A DNA stretch of 64,000 bases, taken from the IMG/VR virus record IMGVR_UViG_3300037484_000435, positions 160,001 through 224,000 of that record, one strand, 5' to 3'. Below are positions 47,796 to 56,966 of the stretch, piece after piece (the first letter of the stretch is position 1; each line of letters opens with the position of its first letter). The notes beneath the pieces were generated by a model, which saw only the letters and a list, made by a program, of their open reading frames with translations, searched no databases and was not told where the DNA came from. The translations under genes and the position numbers were made by a program. This DNA is from a virus (taxonomy: Duplodnaviria > Caudoviricetes).

Positions 47796-48755
47796 TTAAA
47801 ACCTATCCAGAATATATTGGGCTAAAATGACGGATGTCATATATTTTTGACCATAATCATAACACTCTTTTTGGAGTTGTTTAGATTCTTCTGGTCTGTT
47901 TACCCAATAATCCAATTTCCCTTTTAATTCCTCCGCGTCACCCCACAATATACAATTTACCCCATCAATAAAGGAATGGTAGGGTATAATCTCACTAGAA
48001 CACCTTTGAATTACTGGAATACACCCCGCCGCATAAGACTCCGCGTGCCTAAAACATGTCCAACCAGCGCCCGCAGGACAAAATGAGAACATATACTTAC
48101 ACAACTCTTCATAGTACCTAGGGTCATGTGTATACCTTCCGTAAATCCATTTGCTCCATTTCCCGTCCCCATCATTATACTCATAAGTTCCATATCTAAC
48201 TGGTAAACCAGCGTTACGAACAGTGTCCAAGTACAGCTGGCGGTGGGCCGTAGAAAGTGTTCCCAAAAACAGCAACTCCATCCGACGCTCTTTATTTAGA
48301 TGCTGAACACAAGATTCGGTATACCTTCTTTCTATCGTATAATCAAGAGCATAAACTGGTAAACCCTTCTTAGCACATTTATCCTTGGTTGCCACATCCA
48401 AATCCCTAACAAAAAGAGTATCTCCTTTCATACTGTCCACAGGTACTGGTTTAATTGGACTGCTTGGGACATTGATGTAATCAGTAAAACGATCATGAAG
48501 ATGACAAATAATTTTTTTAGCCCCGCGCAGTGGGAGCCCCATTTTATCTGGAGATAGTGCTAACGCTATACTATTATCTGTGTCCAGCATAAACCAAATA
48601 TCAATCTTACTTGGAGAAGGGATCGGCCAAGACTCAGCGTAATTAATTGCTGGCCCATTAAGATTATATACTTTATGACCCAATTGCAAAAGGCCGTCCA
48701 CAATTCCACAAATACTCGATTCCACATAATTAGTTGAAGTAATTGCTATATTCAT
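47796..48755 (-). CDS. GT-B-type glycosyltransferase (exostosin/GT47- or CgeB-like C-terminus)
   Basis: LLFLGT, FSFCPAGAGW.CFRH.E..A.GCIPV, F.DG..CI.W. Confidence 0.65.
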   Translation of the reverse strand: MNIAITSTNYVESSICGIVDGLLQLGHKVYNLNGPAINYAESWPIPSPSKIDIWFMLDTDNSIALALSPDKMGLPLRGAKKIICHLHDRFTDYINVPSSPIKPVPVDSMKGDTLFVRDLDVATKDKCAKKGLPVYALDYTIERRYTESCVQHLNKERRMELLFLGTLSTAHRQLYLDTVRNAGLPVRYGTYEYNDGDGKWSKWIYGRYTHDPRYYEELCKYMFSFCPAGAGWTCFRHAESYAAGCIPVIQRCSSEIIPYHSFIDGVNCILWGDAEELKGKLDYWVNRPEESKQLQKECYDYGQKYMTSVILAQYILDRF

Positions 48756-48762
48756 GCTAGCC

Positions 48763-49947
48763 TCACCTTAACCCTCTCTTTTTTGCTACCACATCAGCAA
48801 TATTGGAAAGTAATACTTGAGTAATCCTCTCGCTATTATACAAATCAACCATATTTAATCTGGCCTGTTTGCCTACCTCAAAAGCCTCAGATTTATTGTC
48901 ATATACGTGACGCATCAACTCTGCGGCGTTTGGTAAATTAGGCTCGGCCCACATCTGTTCCCCCCTATAAAATTGATTCCAACCCATATTATCCACAAAT
49001 GTCAATTGGTACTTTACAGGGTAGGAGTTAGTTTCGTTTAGGAATTGCCTAGACCCCCCAAAATCAGTCGCGATGATAGGGTTGGCTGCAGCAGCTGCAT
49101 CCATATAAGGTAGCCCCAAGCCCTCACCTCGGTCCAACAATACATAACAATCACACTCCTCGTGAAGTTTTCGAATAGCCTCGTTGGTTAGTTTTTCTGT
49201 AATCAAGTAAACAGGTGCATAACCTTTTACTAAATTCAAAGACCGTTTCAAATTGGAGATATGTTCTTTAATTATGTCCCTTTGGTTTTGTTGTTCTTCA
49301 ACTCTGGTGAGGTAAGTTTTCAATACCAATAAAACATCATCCTGCTCCGTAAAGGCGTTGTAATAAGCCTTAAGTAGACCTGCTCCGTTTTTTCTTTCCG
49401 TCCACTGCTGGATTGAATAAAATTTGTAAGTCCCTTGACTAACTGATTCCTTTGGTTTAAAAAGAGAAGCGTCTACATAGTTGGGAACCAAATGAATCGG
49501 GACTTTTACTCCTGAATCTTTGAAGACATCAACGGACCACCTACTCTCTACAAATACGGCATCAAACTTATTACAACAGTCAACCCACATCGGGTCTAAC
49601 CTAGTTGTTTCCCATGCACACGAGAGTATGTTTATAGAATTAGGGTCTAGAAACTGTACACCAACCTCTGGACTGAGACGCACAAAATTTATATCATGCG
49701 GACAGGGCTGTCTACATAGACCATCAAATAGTTCAAAATCCGCACCTAAGTCGGGGCGGTCTTTTTCAAAAGAAACAGGGTGTATCCATAAAGGAACGCC
49801 CGCATCCTTCATACCCTTTACCCAATTTCTTACACCTTGAGCATAACCCGAGCCATCAAACGGGCAGGATACTACTCGTATCCCTTGAATACGAATCTCT
49901 GTCTGCGGCTGCGACTCAACCTTCTCTTCCATTTCTACTTTCCGCAT
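48763..49947 (-). CDS. GT4 glycosyltransferase
   Basis: SGYA...R, AWET, ERKN..GLL.AY, LY..CDCYV...RGEGLGLP..DA.A...P.IAT.FGG..FL, WAEP. Confidence 0.9.
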   Translation of the reverse strand: MRKVEMEEKVESQPQTEIRIQGIRVVSCPFDGSGYAQGVRNWVKGMKDAGVPLWIHPVSFEKDRPDLGADFELFDGLCRQPCPHDINFVRLSPEVGVQFLDPNSINILSCAWETTRLDPMWVDCCNKFDAVFVESRWSVDVFKDSGVKVPIHLVPNYVDASLFKPKESVSQGTYKFYSIQQWTERKNGAGLLKAYYNAFTEQDDVLLVLKTYLTRVEEQQNQRDIIKEHISNLKRSLNLVKGYAPVYLITEKLTNEAIRKLHEECDCYVLLDRGEGLGLPYMDAAAAANPIIATDFGGSRQFLNETNSYPVKYQLTFVDNMGWNQFYRGEQMWAEPNLPNAAELMRHVYDNKSEAFEVGKQARLNMVDLYNSERITQVLLSNIADVVAKKRGLR

Positions 49948-51368
49948 TATACTACCTCTCCTTGACGCCAGTCACTGGGCAATTCCTTATTGGGGATTAC
50001 CGCTTCGGGCATGGGGGTCTTTAATTCTTCATACAGATTTTTAATTATATTGTCAAATCTAGGTACAATATGTCGTTCCCACTGTAAAGTATGCAAAACC
50101 CAGTCGTAAGCCTTTTCCGCCATCCTATGTCCTACCTCTGGTTTTTCATATAGCCGCTTAAGATACTTAATCATATCATTAACATTCATCTTGGGACGAA
50201 CAACTTCATTATCCATAGGGAGTACTACTCGCATATTGGGAGTATCCCCGCTCCTGCAAAGAAAGCCACGACCATCCGCAAAAATCTCTGTTAGAGATGT
50301 GTTGTCAGGAAAAATACAAGGTGTCTTAGTAGCCATAGCCTCTGTAGAACTTAAACCCCAACCTTCTCCTAACGCCGCACTTATACACACATCAGCACAA
50401 TTATAAAGTTCATTTACTATACGCACTGGAAAACCAGTATTAACATTGAAGTTCTTGGGAAAAACTATATCATCTCCCACTCTCAAATCCAAATGTTGTG
50501 CGACTCGGTTTAGGTCCCAACCAACATCTTTTTCTGCACAATGTAAATACAAAATACTGGCAGGACACTCCTTTTTAAACTCTTTGAAAGCCATCATAGT
50601 CGTAGGAATATCTTTCCTTTGTTGGTTACGGTTAACATTAATAATGATAAATTTATCCGCATGCGGACCAAAATAGAATTTACGCAGTCTTGCCCGCTCT
50701 TCGTGTGTAACAGGAAAAAACTCCTTGAGACTTATACCGTGGGGTATTACTTGCAAACGCTCTGCTATACTGGGATAAGCTCGTGCACATTGTGCTTTCC
50801 CCCATTCAGTATAAGTAATAGGTACGTCCGCCGCCGACATTGATTCAATCCACTCGGGCCACGGGACACCATCTATAGGAAAATAAACCAAACTACGGAA
50901 ATTCTTTCCACGCTTACGCATTTCTTGTATAACACTGGGGAGAAACGTCATGATGAAAGAATCCTGCAATAGAAATAGGATATCAAACTCCATTTGTGGA
51001 AGAATTTGCTGAATCTTCTCTCTACCATACGGGTCTCCTTGGGGATTAGGGAGCATAGGATAAATTTGGAAGGGGTATGGATGTGGTATGCCCATATAGT
51101 TCACACCAAAACAGTAGATTTCATAATCACCTGTCTCATAAAGATAGGGGAGAATGTTGCTAGATACTTTACCAAAACCTGTGGCTACGCTGGGAGCGTC
51201 ACCATAAAATACTAACCTTATTTTTTTCTTATTGTCCTGAGCAGGGGGCTTAAATGACCACCCTTGTGATTCTAATTTTGATAATGCTTCCTTTAGTTGT
51301 GAGTCGTTTAGGCCAACGCCACTATCCTTTCCGAGCATTTCGCTACCTGCTGGTATCATGTCACTCAT
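49947..51368 (-). CDS. GT4 glycosyltransferase
   Basis: TGFG.V, IPHG, NVNRNQ.RKD, LYN.ADV......GEGWGL...EAMA...P. Confidence 0.9.
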   Translation of the reverse strand: MSDMIPAGSEMLGKDSGVGLNDSQLKEALSKLESQGWSFKPPAQDNKKKIRLVFYGDAPSVATGFGKVSSNILPYLYETGDYEIYCFGVNYMGIPHPYPFQIYPMLPNPQGDPYGREKIQQILPQMEFDILFLLQDSFIMTFLPSVIQEMRKRGKNFRSLVYFPIDGVPWPEWIESMSAADVPITYTEWGKAQCARAYPSIAERLQVIPHGISLKEFFPVTHEERARLRKFYFGPHADKFIIINVNRNQQRKDIPTTMMAFKEFKKECPASILYLHCAEKDVGWDLNRVAQHLDLRVGDDIVFPKNFNVNTGFPVRIVNELYNCADVCISAALGEGWGLSSTEAMATKTPCIFPDNTSLTEIFADGRGFLCRSGDTPNMRVVLPMDNEVVRPKMNVNDMIKYLKRLYEKPEVGHRMAEKAYDWVLHTLQWERHIVPRFDNIIKNLYEELKTPMPEAVIPNKELPSDWRQGEVV

Positions 51369-51603
51369 TCAATTTACCTCCATTGACTACCAATAAAAAT
51401 CTTTCAATTGTGGCCCGATGAAATTCTTTTGTAAATCCATCGGACCAATCTTTTATTATTAAAATATTTGGTTTATGCTCAACCAATTCACCAAAAATCT
51501 TTTCACCACTAATAAACTGTACACATACACTCCGTCCCCTTTTTTCTAATTTACGGGGCTTAGTGTGGTCAGTTATTTTGGAATCCATATCTCTCGTTAT
51601 CAT
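51361..51603 (-). CDS. Small hypothetical protein (possibly Sm-like fold)
   Basis: V.V.F.SGE.I.G.L......L.I pattern. Confidence 0.45.
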   Translation of the reverse strand: MITRDMDSKITDHTKPRKLEKRGRSVCVQFISGEKIFGELVEHKPNILIIKDWSDGFTKEFHRATIERFLLVVNGGKLNE

Positions 51604-52136
51604 TTTTTCTTTTTACTACGGGAAACTTTTTTGCGTACGGCACATTCCCCTCTACTCGATAAGATGTACCACCACCCTACAGTGTAGGCATCAGTAATAT
51701 CATTTCCCTTTTCAAAAGATTCCGGTAAATTATACTTCTTTTGGAAGAAGGCGTAGGGTTCTTCTTTATTATTCTTAAAACCCACACAACTCCGTGCAAC
51801 TGTAGCAGTAACAGTAATGGGGTCGGCCCCGAGCACTTCGAAGGCGGTTTGCATAATAATACCCTTCGCATTATTAAGGCGAGCATTAGTGAGAGCATTC
51901 TTTCCAGAATACGTTTCCTCAATTACCACTACATCGGCTCTTGTTGACTTTATCAACTTAATCAGTTCATTTCTTATGTAAGTTAGCTTAAATCCCAAGG
52001 ACATGGTAGGTTTAGTTGTGATGATTCCGTATTTAGAGGCTTTTACCCCCTCCCATCCTTCACCACCTTTGTTTTCTAATACAACCCATCCACTGTGATT
52101 TAATGCACCATCTATCGCTAGTATACGCATTATCAC
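51600..52136 (-). CDS. ruvC: RuvC-like Holliday junction resolvase
   Basis: ILAIDG....SGW.VL, VVIEE, K, D.TDA. Confidence 0.85.
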   Translation of the reverse strand: MIMRILAIDGALNHSGWVVLENKGGEGWEGVKASKYGIITTKPTMSLGFKLTYIRNELIKLIKSTRADVVVIEETYSGKNALTNARLNNAKGIIMQTAFEVLGADPITVTATVARSCVGFKNNKEEPYAFFQKKYNLPESFEKGNDITDAYTVGWWYILSSRGECAVRKKVSRSKKKK

Positions 52137-52951
52137 CTCGTACTATATATTCTCTCGGCAATCTTCAATAAAGCCTTTTTATCCTCCTCTGAAATATTAC
52201 TTTGCTCAGGATAAATTACCTTAAACATTAAAACGAGGGCCCCCGCGGGGCCTTGAAAAGGACCATGGTTTCCACCGTCCTTTATAAGTTTGGTGCCGTC
52301 AGGCCTTATATCCGTTAAAGTAACATCCCTCTCAATTTCTACCTGAATCAGACCGGTTCCACCGCAACGTGTACACATATTCTCTTTAAGAATACCTGTG
52401 TTTCCACAATCGCCGCACGGGGAATCTATTACCCTACGTTGGCGACCAGCCTCTTTAACCTCTCTCTTAATCCCGTGACCCTCACAAGCTGGACAATGCT
52501 TCAAATCCGCACCATGACCACTACATTCATCACAAGGTTCCAAACGACCGTAACGTATTCTAACGTCTAAGCCTAACATCAATTGAAACGGTGTCACGTC
52601 GAGAACCAAATGAATTGGTTTTCCTACCAGAGTACCGTGCTCGGGTATAGGTGACGGAGGTGGTCTGTCAAATGTAAAAGAAAAGTTAACACCATTCATC
52701 CCAAATGGAAATGGCCCAAAACCACCAAATCCCGCGAAGGGACCTTGGGGCTTTGGGTTATCATATACAAATCGTTTTTCGGGATTAGAAAGAATCTCGT
52801 AAGCTTCCGCAATTTCTTTAAATTTATTTTCAGCCTCTGCGTCACCTGGATTACGATCAGGATGAAACTCTAACGCAAGCTTTCTATAAACTTTTTTAAT
52901 CTCATCAGTCGTCGCATCACGCGGAACTCCCAGAACATTATAATAATCCAT
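52133..52951 (-). CDS. dnaJ: DnaJ-type co-chaperone (J domain plus CxxCxGxG zinc fingers, short C-terminus)
   Basis: DYY.VLGV, YRKLA.EFHPDRN, FKEI.EAYE.LS; [32 protein letters not shown]. Confidence 0.93.
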   Translation of the reverse strand: MDYYNVLGVPRDATTDEIKKVYRKLALEFHPDRNPGDAEAENKFKEIAEAYEILSNPEKRFVYDNPKPQGPFAGFGGFGPFPFGMNGVNFSFTFDRPPPSPIPEHGTLVGKPIHLVLDVTPFQLMLGLDVRIRYGRLEPCDECSGHGADLKHCPACEGHGIKREVKEAGRQRRVIDSPCGDCGNTGILKENMCTRCGGTGLIQVEIERDVTLTDIRPDGTKLIKDGGNHGPFQGPAGALVLMFKVIYPEQSNISEEDKKALLKIAERIYSTR

Positions 52952-52974
52952 GTATCATCCTTTTAGACTTTTAA

Positions 52975-53691
52975 TTACAACACTTCAAACCTATTGACAC
53001 GAAAATCAGTCTGCCAATTAGACTGCTCTCCCTGTTTGGAAGCATCCCACCTATTGGCGTTTGCCCACACTCTAACAGGAGTACCTACAGGCAATTGGGC
53101 CATAGCCTGAGCAATTGCACCCCAAGCAGACATCGCAAAGCGGACATCTCTGACAGCGGGTGAGCCATCAGGATTAAATACTTGCTGACCACTTTCGTAA
53201 ACAAAAGATTCCCAAGCTAATAGAAAGCCCACTCGTGTAACAGAACCATCGGGGGCATTCGTAACTCGGACATTATTAATGTACCCATCCATCATCAAGA
53301 GGTTCATACGCTCCATTTGTTTACGGGTACACTGTAATTTAACTACTGGGTTACCGCCCTGCCCCTGTTGTGGGGCTTGCTGCTGTCCCTGTTGAGGCCA
53401 ACCACCTTGTTGCTGTGGGGCTTGCTGCTGCTGCGGCCAACCACCTTGTTGCTGTGGGGCTTGCTGCTGCTGAACAGGTGCCTGTTGAGGAGGATACTGT
53501 TGTTGCTGTTGTTGTTGCGGGGGCTGCTGAACAGGTGCCTGCTGTTGTGGAAGCTGTTGATACTGTTGCTGCGGTACCTGCTGTTGCTCCTGTGGTGGTG
53601 CCATCGGCTGTTGCTGTGGGTTATACTGCTGTTGCTGTGGCATATACTGGCCCTGCTGTTGCTGGGCATACGGATCGTAAACTGTTTCCAT
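52975..53691 (-). CDS. ssb: Probable single-stranded DNA-binding protein: N-terminal Q/P-rich disordered region plus C-terminal OB fold
   Basis: About 115 aa of Q/P/G low complexity, then N...M.G.I...V.W...AWG.IA......G.PV.V.....RW pattern; next to dnaG. Confidence 0.65.
   Translation of the reverse strand: METVYDPYAQQQQGQYMPQQQQYNPQQQPMAPPQEQQQVPQQQYQQLPQQQAPVQQPPQQQQQQQYPPQQAPVQQQQAPQQQGGWPQQQQAPQQQGGWPQQGQQQAPQQGQGGNPVVKLQCTRKQMERMNLLMMDGYINNVRVTNAPDGSVTRVGFLLAWESFVYESGQQVFNPDGSPAVRDVRFAMSAWGAIAQAMAQLPVGTPVRVWANANRWDASKQGEQSNWQTDFRVNRFEVL
53396..53472. repeat. 39-bp-period tandem duplication encoding QQQQAPQQQGGWP
   Basis: ggccaaccaccttgttgctgtggggcttgctgctgctg occurs at 53396-53433 and 53435-53472. 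Confidence 0.9.
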
Positions 53692-53693
53692 TA

Positions 53694-54791
53694 CTAGCTC
53701 CTTAAATTTTCTCCAATAATTTGGTGTAGTTGTTGTGGTGTTAATGTACTTGGATCGTGTCCATCTGGCATATCTATAACTTTTATATCACAAAAATAAC
53801 CTAACTCGCTTTTTGTTCGTCTAGAACCATTTCGTCCTGCGTCGTCTCCGTCTAAGATAACAACAAGACGTTTAAGATTTAAATTTTGCATAAGTAGAGA
53901 CCCTTGATCGCCTTGTAATCCCGCTCCCATACAGGCAGCTGTATTCCAATAACCATTAGCTACCATGGACCAACAAGCCTTATACCCTTCCACCAAGAAC
54001 AAATGTCCGTCAGATTCCTTGATGTAGTTTTTGGCTCTATAATAGTTATACAATACTTTGCCTTTCGGAAAACCTTGGGGGTCTATATTGTAACGCATCT
54101 TATTATCTATCCCATCGGTGCGTCTACCGTCCCAAGCTACTATTCGGCCATTTGTATCTCTTATAGGAAAACTAGCTCTCGGTATTCCATAACGGTCATA
54201 ACAGAAACCTACTTCAAAGTAATCCTGAATCTCGTGGCTGTAACCTTTGTTATAAAAAAAGTCTGTGCGGTTTTGTATCCAGCCAAAAACAAATTCCTCT
54301 ATATTATAACTAGTACACAAATCCATCTCTGTTGAATTTTTTTGTGATCGGCGGACAAAATCAGAGAGGTCTTTCTTAATCGCGGCTACATAAGCCACTT
54401 TAGAATTATCGTCTGATAAATTGATTCCAGATAAACCAGCCAAATACAGAACTGCGTCAACAAAGTTGCAATTGGTTGCCAACTGCACTAGTCCTATTAT
54501 ATCACTATATCCTTCATGACACTGGTGTGTGAAACACTTCCAAAAACCTGTTGATAAGTTAATTGAAAACGCACCTTTGTTATCCCCGTGGTGTATAGGA
54601 CATGTATTGCTGCCCCATCCGTTACTTACCCGATTTAAAAGGATACCAACACTACTCAGTACCAATTCCACATCCACTATCTGTTTAATATGTTCAACTA
54701 CGCCCTTGTTAATATTAGGACGGTTATTGCCCGATGACAGGGAGTGGGCTATCGGTCTGTTGGGATAATTGTTTATAGGCTGCATTTGCAT
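53694..54791 (-). CDS. dnaG: DnaG-type primase (CHC2 zinc finger plus Toprim, no helicase-binding domain)
   Basis: CPIH.GD...F.....FWKCF..C; FPIRD..G..VA..GR; LVEG; ILDGDDAG; D.PDG.DP. Confidence 0.92.
   Translation of the reverse strand: MQMQPINNYPNRPIAHSLSSGNNRPNINKGVVEHIKQIVDVELVLSSVGILLNRVSNGWGSNTCPIHHGDNKGAFSINLSTGFWKCFTHQCHEGYSDIIGLVQLATNCNFVDAVLYLAGLSGINLSDDNSKVAYVAAIKKDLSDFVRRSQKNSTEMDLCTSYNIEEFVFGWIQNRTDFFYNKGYSHEIQDYFEVGFCYDRYGIPRASFPIRDTNGRIVAWDGRRTDGIDNKMRYNIDPQGFPKGKVLYNYYRAKNYIKESDGHLFLVEGYKACWSMVANGYWNTAACMGAGLQGDQGSLLMQNLNLKRLVVILDGDDAGRNGSRRTKSELGYFCDIKVIDMPDGHDPSTLTPQQLHQIIGENLRS
54303..54330 (-). promoter_or_regulatory. Conserved promoter-like motif, copy 3, inside the dnaG coding sequence
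   Basis: Minus strand AGAGATGGATTTGTGTACTAGT followed by a perfect TATAAT. Confidence 0.6.
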
Positions 54792-56151
54792 CCGAAACCT
54801 CCATCATAGGTTGTACCTGAGAAACAACAAATTTAAAACAATAACCATAATACCTCAAATTTATACCACTAATAATAGACCCAGTATACCGACCCCTATA
54901 AAGTTGCAGTCGATGAGTACCAGCATTTTGTTCCTGTTGAATTTCTTTGGGTGTCTTCCAGTTAAGCATAAAGGCAACATCAGCTACCTGCAAAACTCCA
55001 TCGGATTCCGCTAATGACTCGCCGCCCGTTCTGCTTTGGCCTTCGCCTTTTCGGTTCTGCTGTAACGCCGTTAACCCAGTTATATCCAACTCACCCATGC
55101 TATCTTTGAGGTTTCGTGCTAGGTCGCCAATTACTTGCCAGCGTGCCCTATCCTCTTCTCCACCAGAAGGTTCCTTGATATAATCGAATACGACTAAGTT
55201 CACACCATGATTATAAACGTAACGTTTAATTGTGTTTATTACTTGGGTACGTTTAAATCCAGGAATGTATTCATGAAAGAAAGAACCTTTCCTTTTATCC
55301 ACCAAAGAAGAAGCCATCTCAAAATTCTTTTTGGCTTGCTCATCTGGGTACCAAGAACCATCTAACAGACTAAGACCATCTATATTTCCTATATTGGCTG
55401 CCATACGAAAAATGAATTCGTTCTCGGTGCCCATTTCCGTGTCAAGGTATAACACCCTAACATCTTGATTTGACAAGATGGAAGCATAAATAGCCCATTG
55501 CATTAACAATGCTGATTTACCTTCCTTGGGTCGGGCGGCTACAAAATACAAACGTCTTTTTAACCAACCTAAAGTAGCGTTATCAAGGATAGGCATACCA
55601 GAATAGATACCCTGATAGTTTTCCTTATTATGTACCCTATCCATAATAGCATCACGAAATATTGTTGAAATATCTATAGGCTCATTCACGCTTGTCTTAT
55701 TACCGATATTATATATATCGGTTTGTACTTCATCAAGGAGCCCCTGTGCAGACACCGCAACCCCTTGTGTATGTAAGGTATTAATGTGTTTAGACAGGGT
55801 ATTATAAAGACGGCTCTTAATCTGTGTGTCCAAAAAATCTTGGAGATAAGAACCAAAGTTGATGTCGCTCACATTCGCCTTATATAATGAGACCAAGTAA
55901 GAGTGTAATTGTTCCTTAGAAAGTTCTGGTAGATCGTAAGTAAATAAAGAGCTAAATACCAAATCTATATCAAAGGCGGTATATCCCCTTTGAAACAGGT
56001 TATTACACGCCAAGAGTATGGCGCGGTTTACTGGAGACTTGAAAAAAGATATGTCGACTTTACCATCTAGTTCGATTAACAAAAAAGGTTTCTGTAGAAC
56101 ACACGCTAGTAATGCTCTTTCCAAATGAAGAAACCGGGAATCGTCCCACAT
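54724..56151 (-). CDS. dnaB: DnaB-type replicative helicase
   Basis: ERALLACVL, GI.SG...LD....G.....L...AARP..GKS, LDTEM, LVVFDYI, Q.NR.G, L.ESD.V.Q.AD, K/R.RY.G. Confidence 0.92.
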   Translation of the reverse strand: MWDDSRFLHLERALLACVLQKPFLLIELDGKVDISFFKSPVNRAILLACNNLFQRGYTAFDIDLVFSSLFTYDLPELSKEQLHSYLVSLYKANVSDINFGSYLQDFLDTQIKSRLYNTLSKHINTLHTQGVAVSAQGLLDEVQTDIYNIGNKTSVNEPIDISTIFRDAIMDRVHNKENYQGIYSGMPILDNATLGWLKRRLYFVAARPKEGKSALLMQWAIYASILSNQDVRVLYLDTEMGTENEFIFRMAANIGNIDGLSLLDGSWYPDEQAKKNFEMASSLVDKRKGSFFHEYIPGFKRTQVINTIKRYVYNHGVNLVVFDYIKEPSGGEEDRARWQVIGDLARNLKDSMGELDITGLTALQQNRKGEGQSRTGGESLAESDGVLQVADVAFMLNWKTPKEIQQEQNAGTHRLQLYRGRYTGSIISGINLRYYGYCFKFVVSQVQPMMEVSDANAAYKQLSQQTDSPLPVIGQ

Positions 56152-56154
56152 GTT

Positions 56155-56619
56155 TTATCTCCTGTTTTCTCTCCGCTTTAGTTCGTACTTTAAAACTTGG
56201 ATGTGTTCTGAGAGTCTCTCTGGCATCCGCTCATAGTATTTTGCTTTTTCCTCAGCATCAGCCAGACGTTCCTCAATTTTTTGTAATTCTGGATTAGCTT
56301 TATATGCCCTTACCATCATAACATTACCACTTGTACGATCAGTGATACCGTCTAACCCAGAAATAGTTAAATATTTTTGTCCTTCATAATAACGTTTTAA
56401 CTTGGCGGATTCCGCCTGTAATTGGTTTCCAAAAAATTGTACATGACTCAAGAAACGAGACAACGCAGCCAAAGTAATGCTAATAATCTCGTCAGGCTGG
56501 TAGGGTATAGTACGAATAAAGTCATCACTAAAACTTTTTTGGACAAGGTTGTCAACATCTGGATAATTTTCTAAGAGGATGTCCACAAACCATTTTGTTT
56601 TAAATTCAGGTATTGTCAT
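56155..56619 (-). CDS. Helical hypothetical protein (position suggests a recombination/replication accessory factor)
   Basis: Coiled-coil rich; between dnaB and recA. Confidence 0.5.
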   Translation of the reverse strand: MTIPEFKTKWFVDILLENYPDVDNLVQKSFSDDFIRTIPYQPDEIISITLAALSRFLSHVQFFGNQLQAESAKLKRYYEGQKYLTISGLDGITDRTSGNVMMVRAYKANPELQKIEERLADAEEKAKYYERMPERLSEHIQVLKYELKRRENRR

Positions 56620-56966
56620 TTCTTGGCCCTGTTCTGATAAATGAAATGAAAGAGTTCCGCTGCAGTGGTCGGTTTTTGATTGAAAGGAATTTCAACCAAT
56701 ATCGCCTTCTGTTTTCGTGCCCAATCCCTCTTGGCTTGGTCTCTCGCCAAGTATGACTTGAACCCTTCCTCGGATTGGTGATAGTGGGGAACAAACTTAT
56801 AATGTTGTTCCCCTTGGCATTCTATAGCCAAATTCATTGATGGGATAAAGAAGTCTATGAACAACTGGTCCCCGCCAAACTTAACCGCGTATTGAGATAA
56901 AATAGTACACCTAGGAAAAGCTTCATTCAGAAGTTCTTCTATATCGTCCTCGAAATTACTCGGCAT
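56616..56966 (-). CDS. Small DUF559/Vsr-like restriction-fold endonuclease
   Basis: FIDFFIP..NLAIECQGEQHY, RD..K..W....L.EIP. Confidence 0.8.
   Translation of the reverse strand: MPSNFEDDIEELLNEAFPRCTILSQYAVKFGGDQLFIDFFIPSMNLAIECQGEQHYKFVPHYHQSEEGFKSYLARDQAKRDWARKQKAILVEIPFNQKPTTAAELFHFIYQNRAKK

Noticed and set aside
53343-53705. Leu-rich, Ala/Val-rich and Ser/Asn-rich ORFs over the Gln-rich region
   Set aside because: Alternative-frame readings of the CAG/CAA-rich ssb segment.
56155-56619. UvsY-like recombination mediator call
   Set aside because: Only position and helical character support it; no motif recognised.
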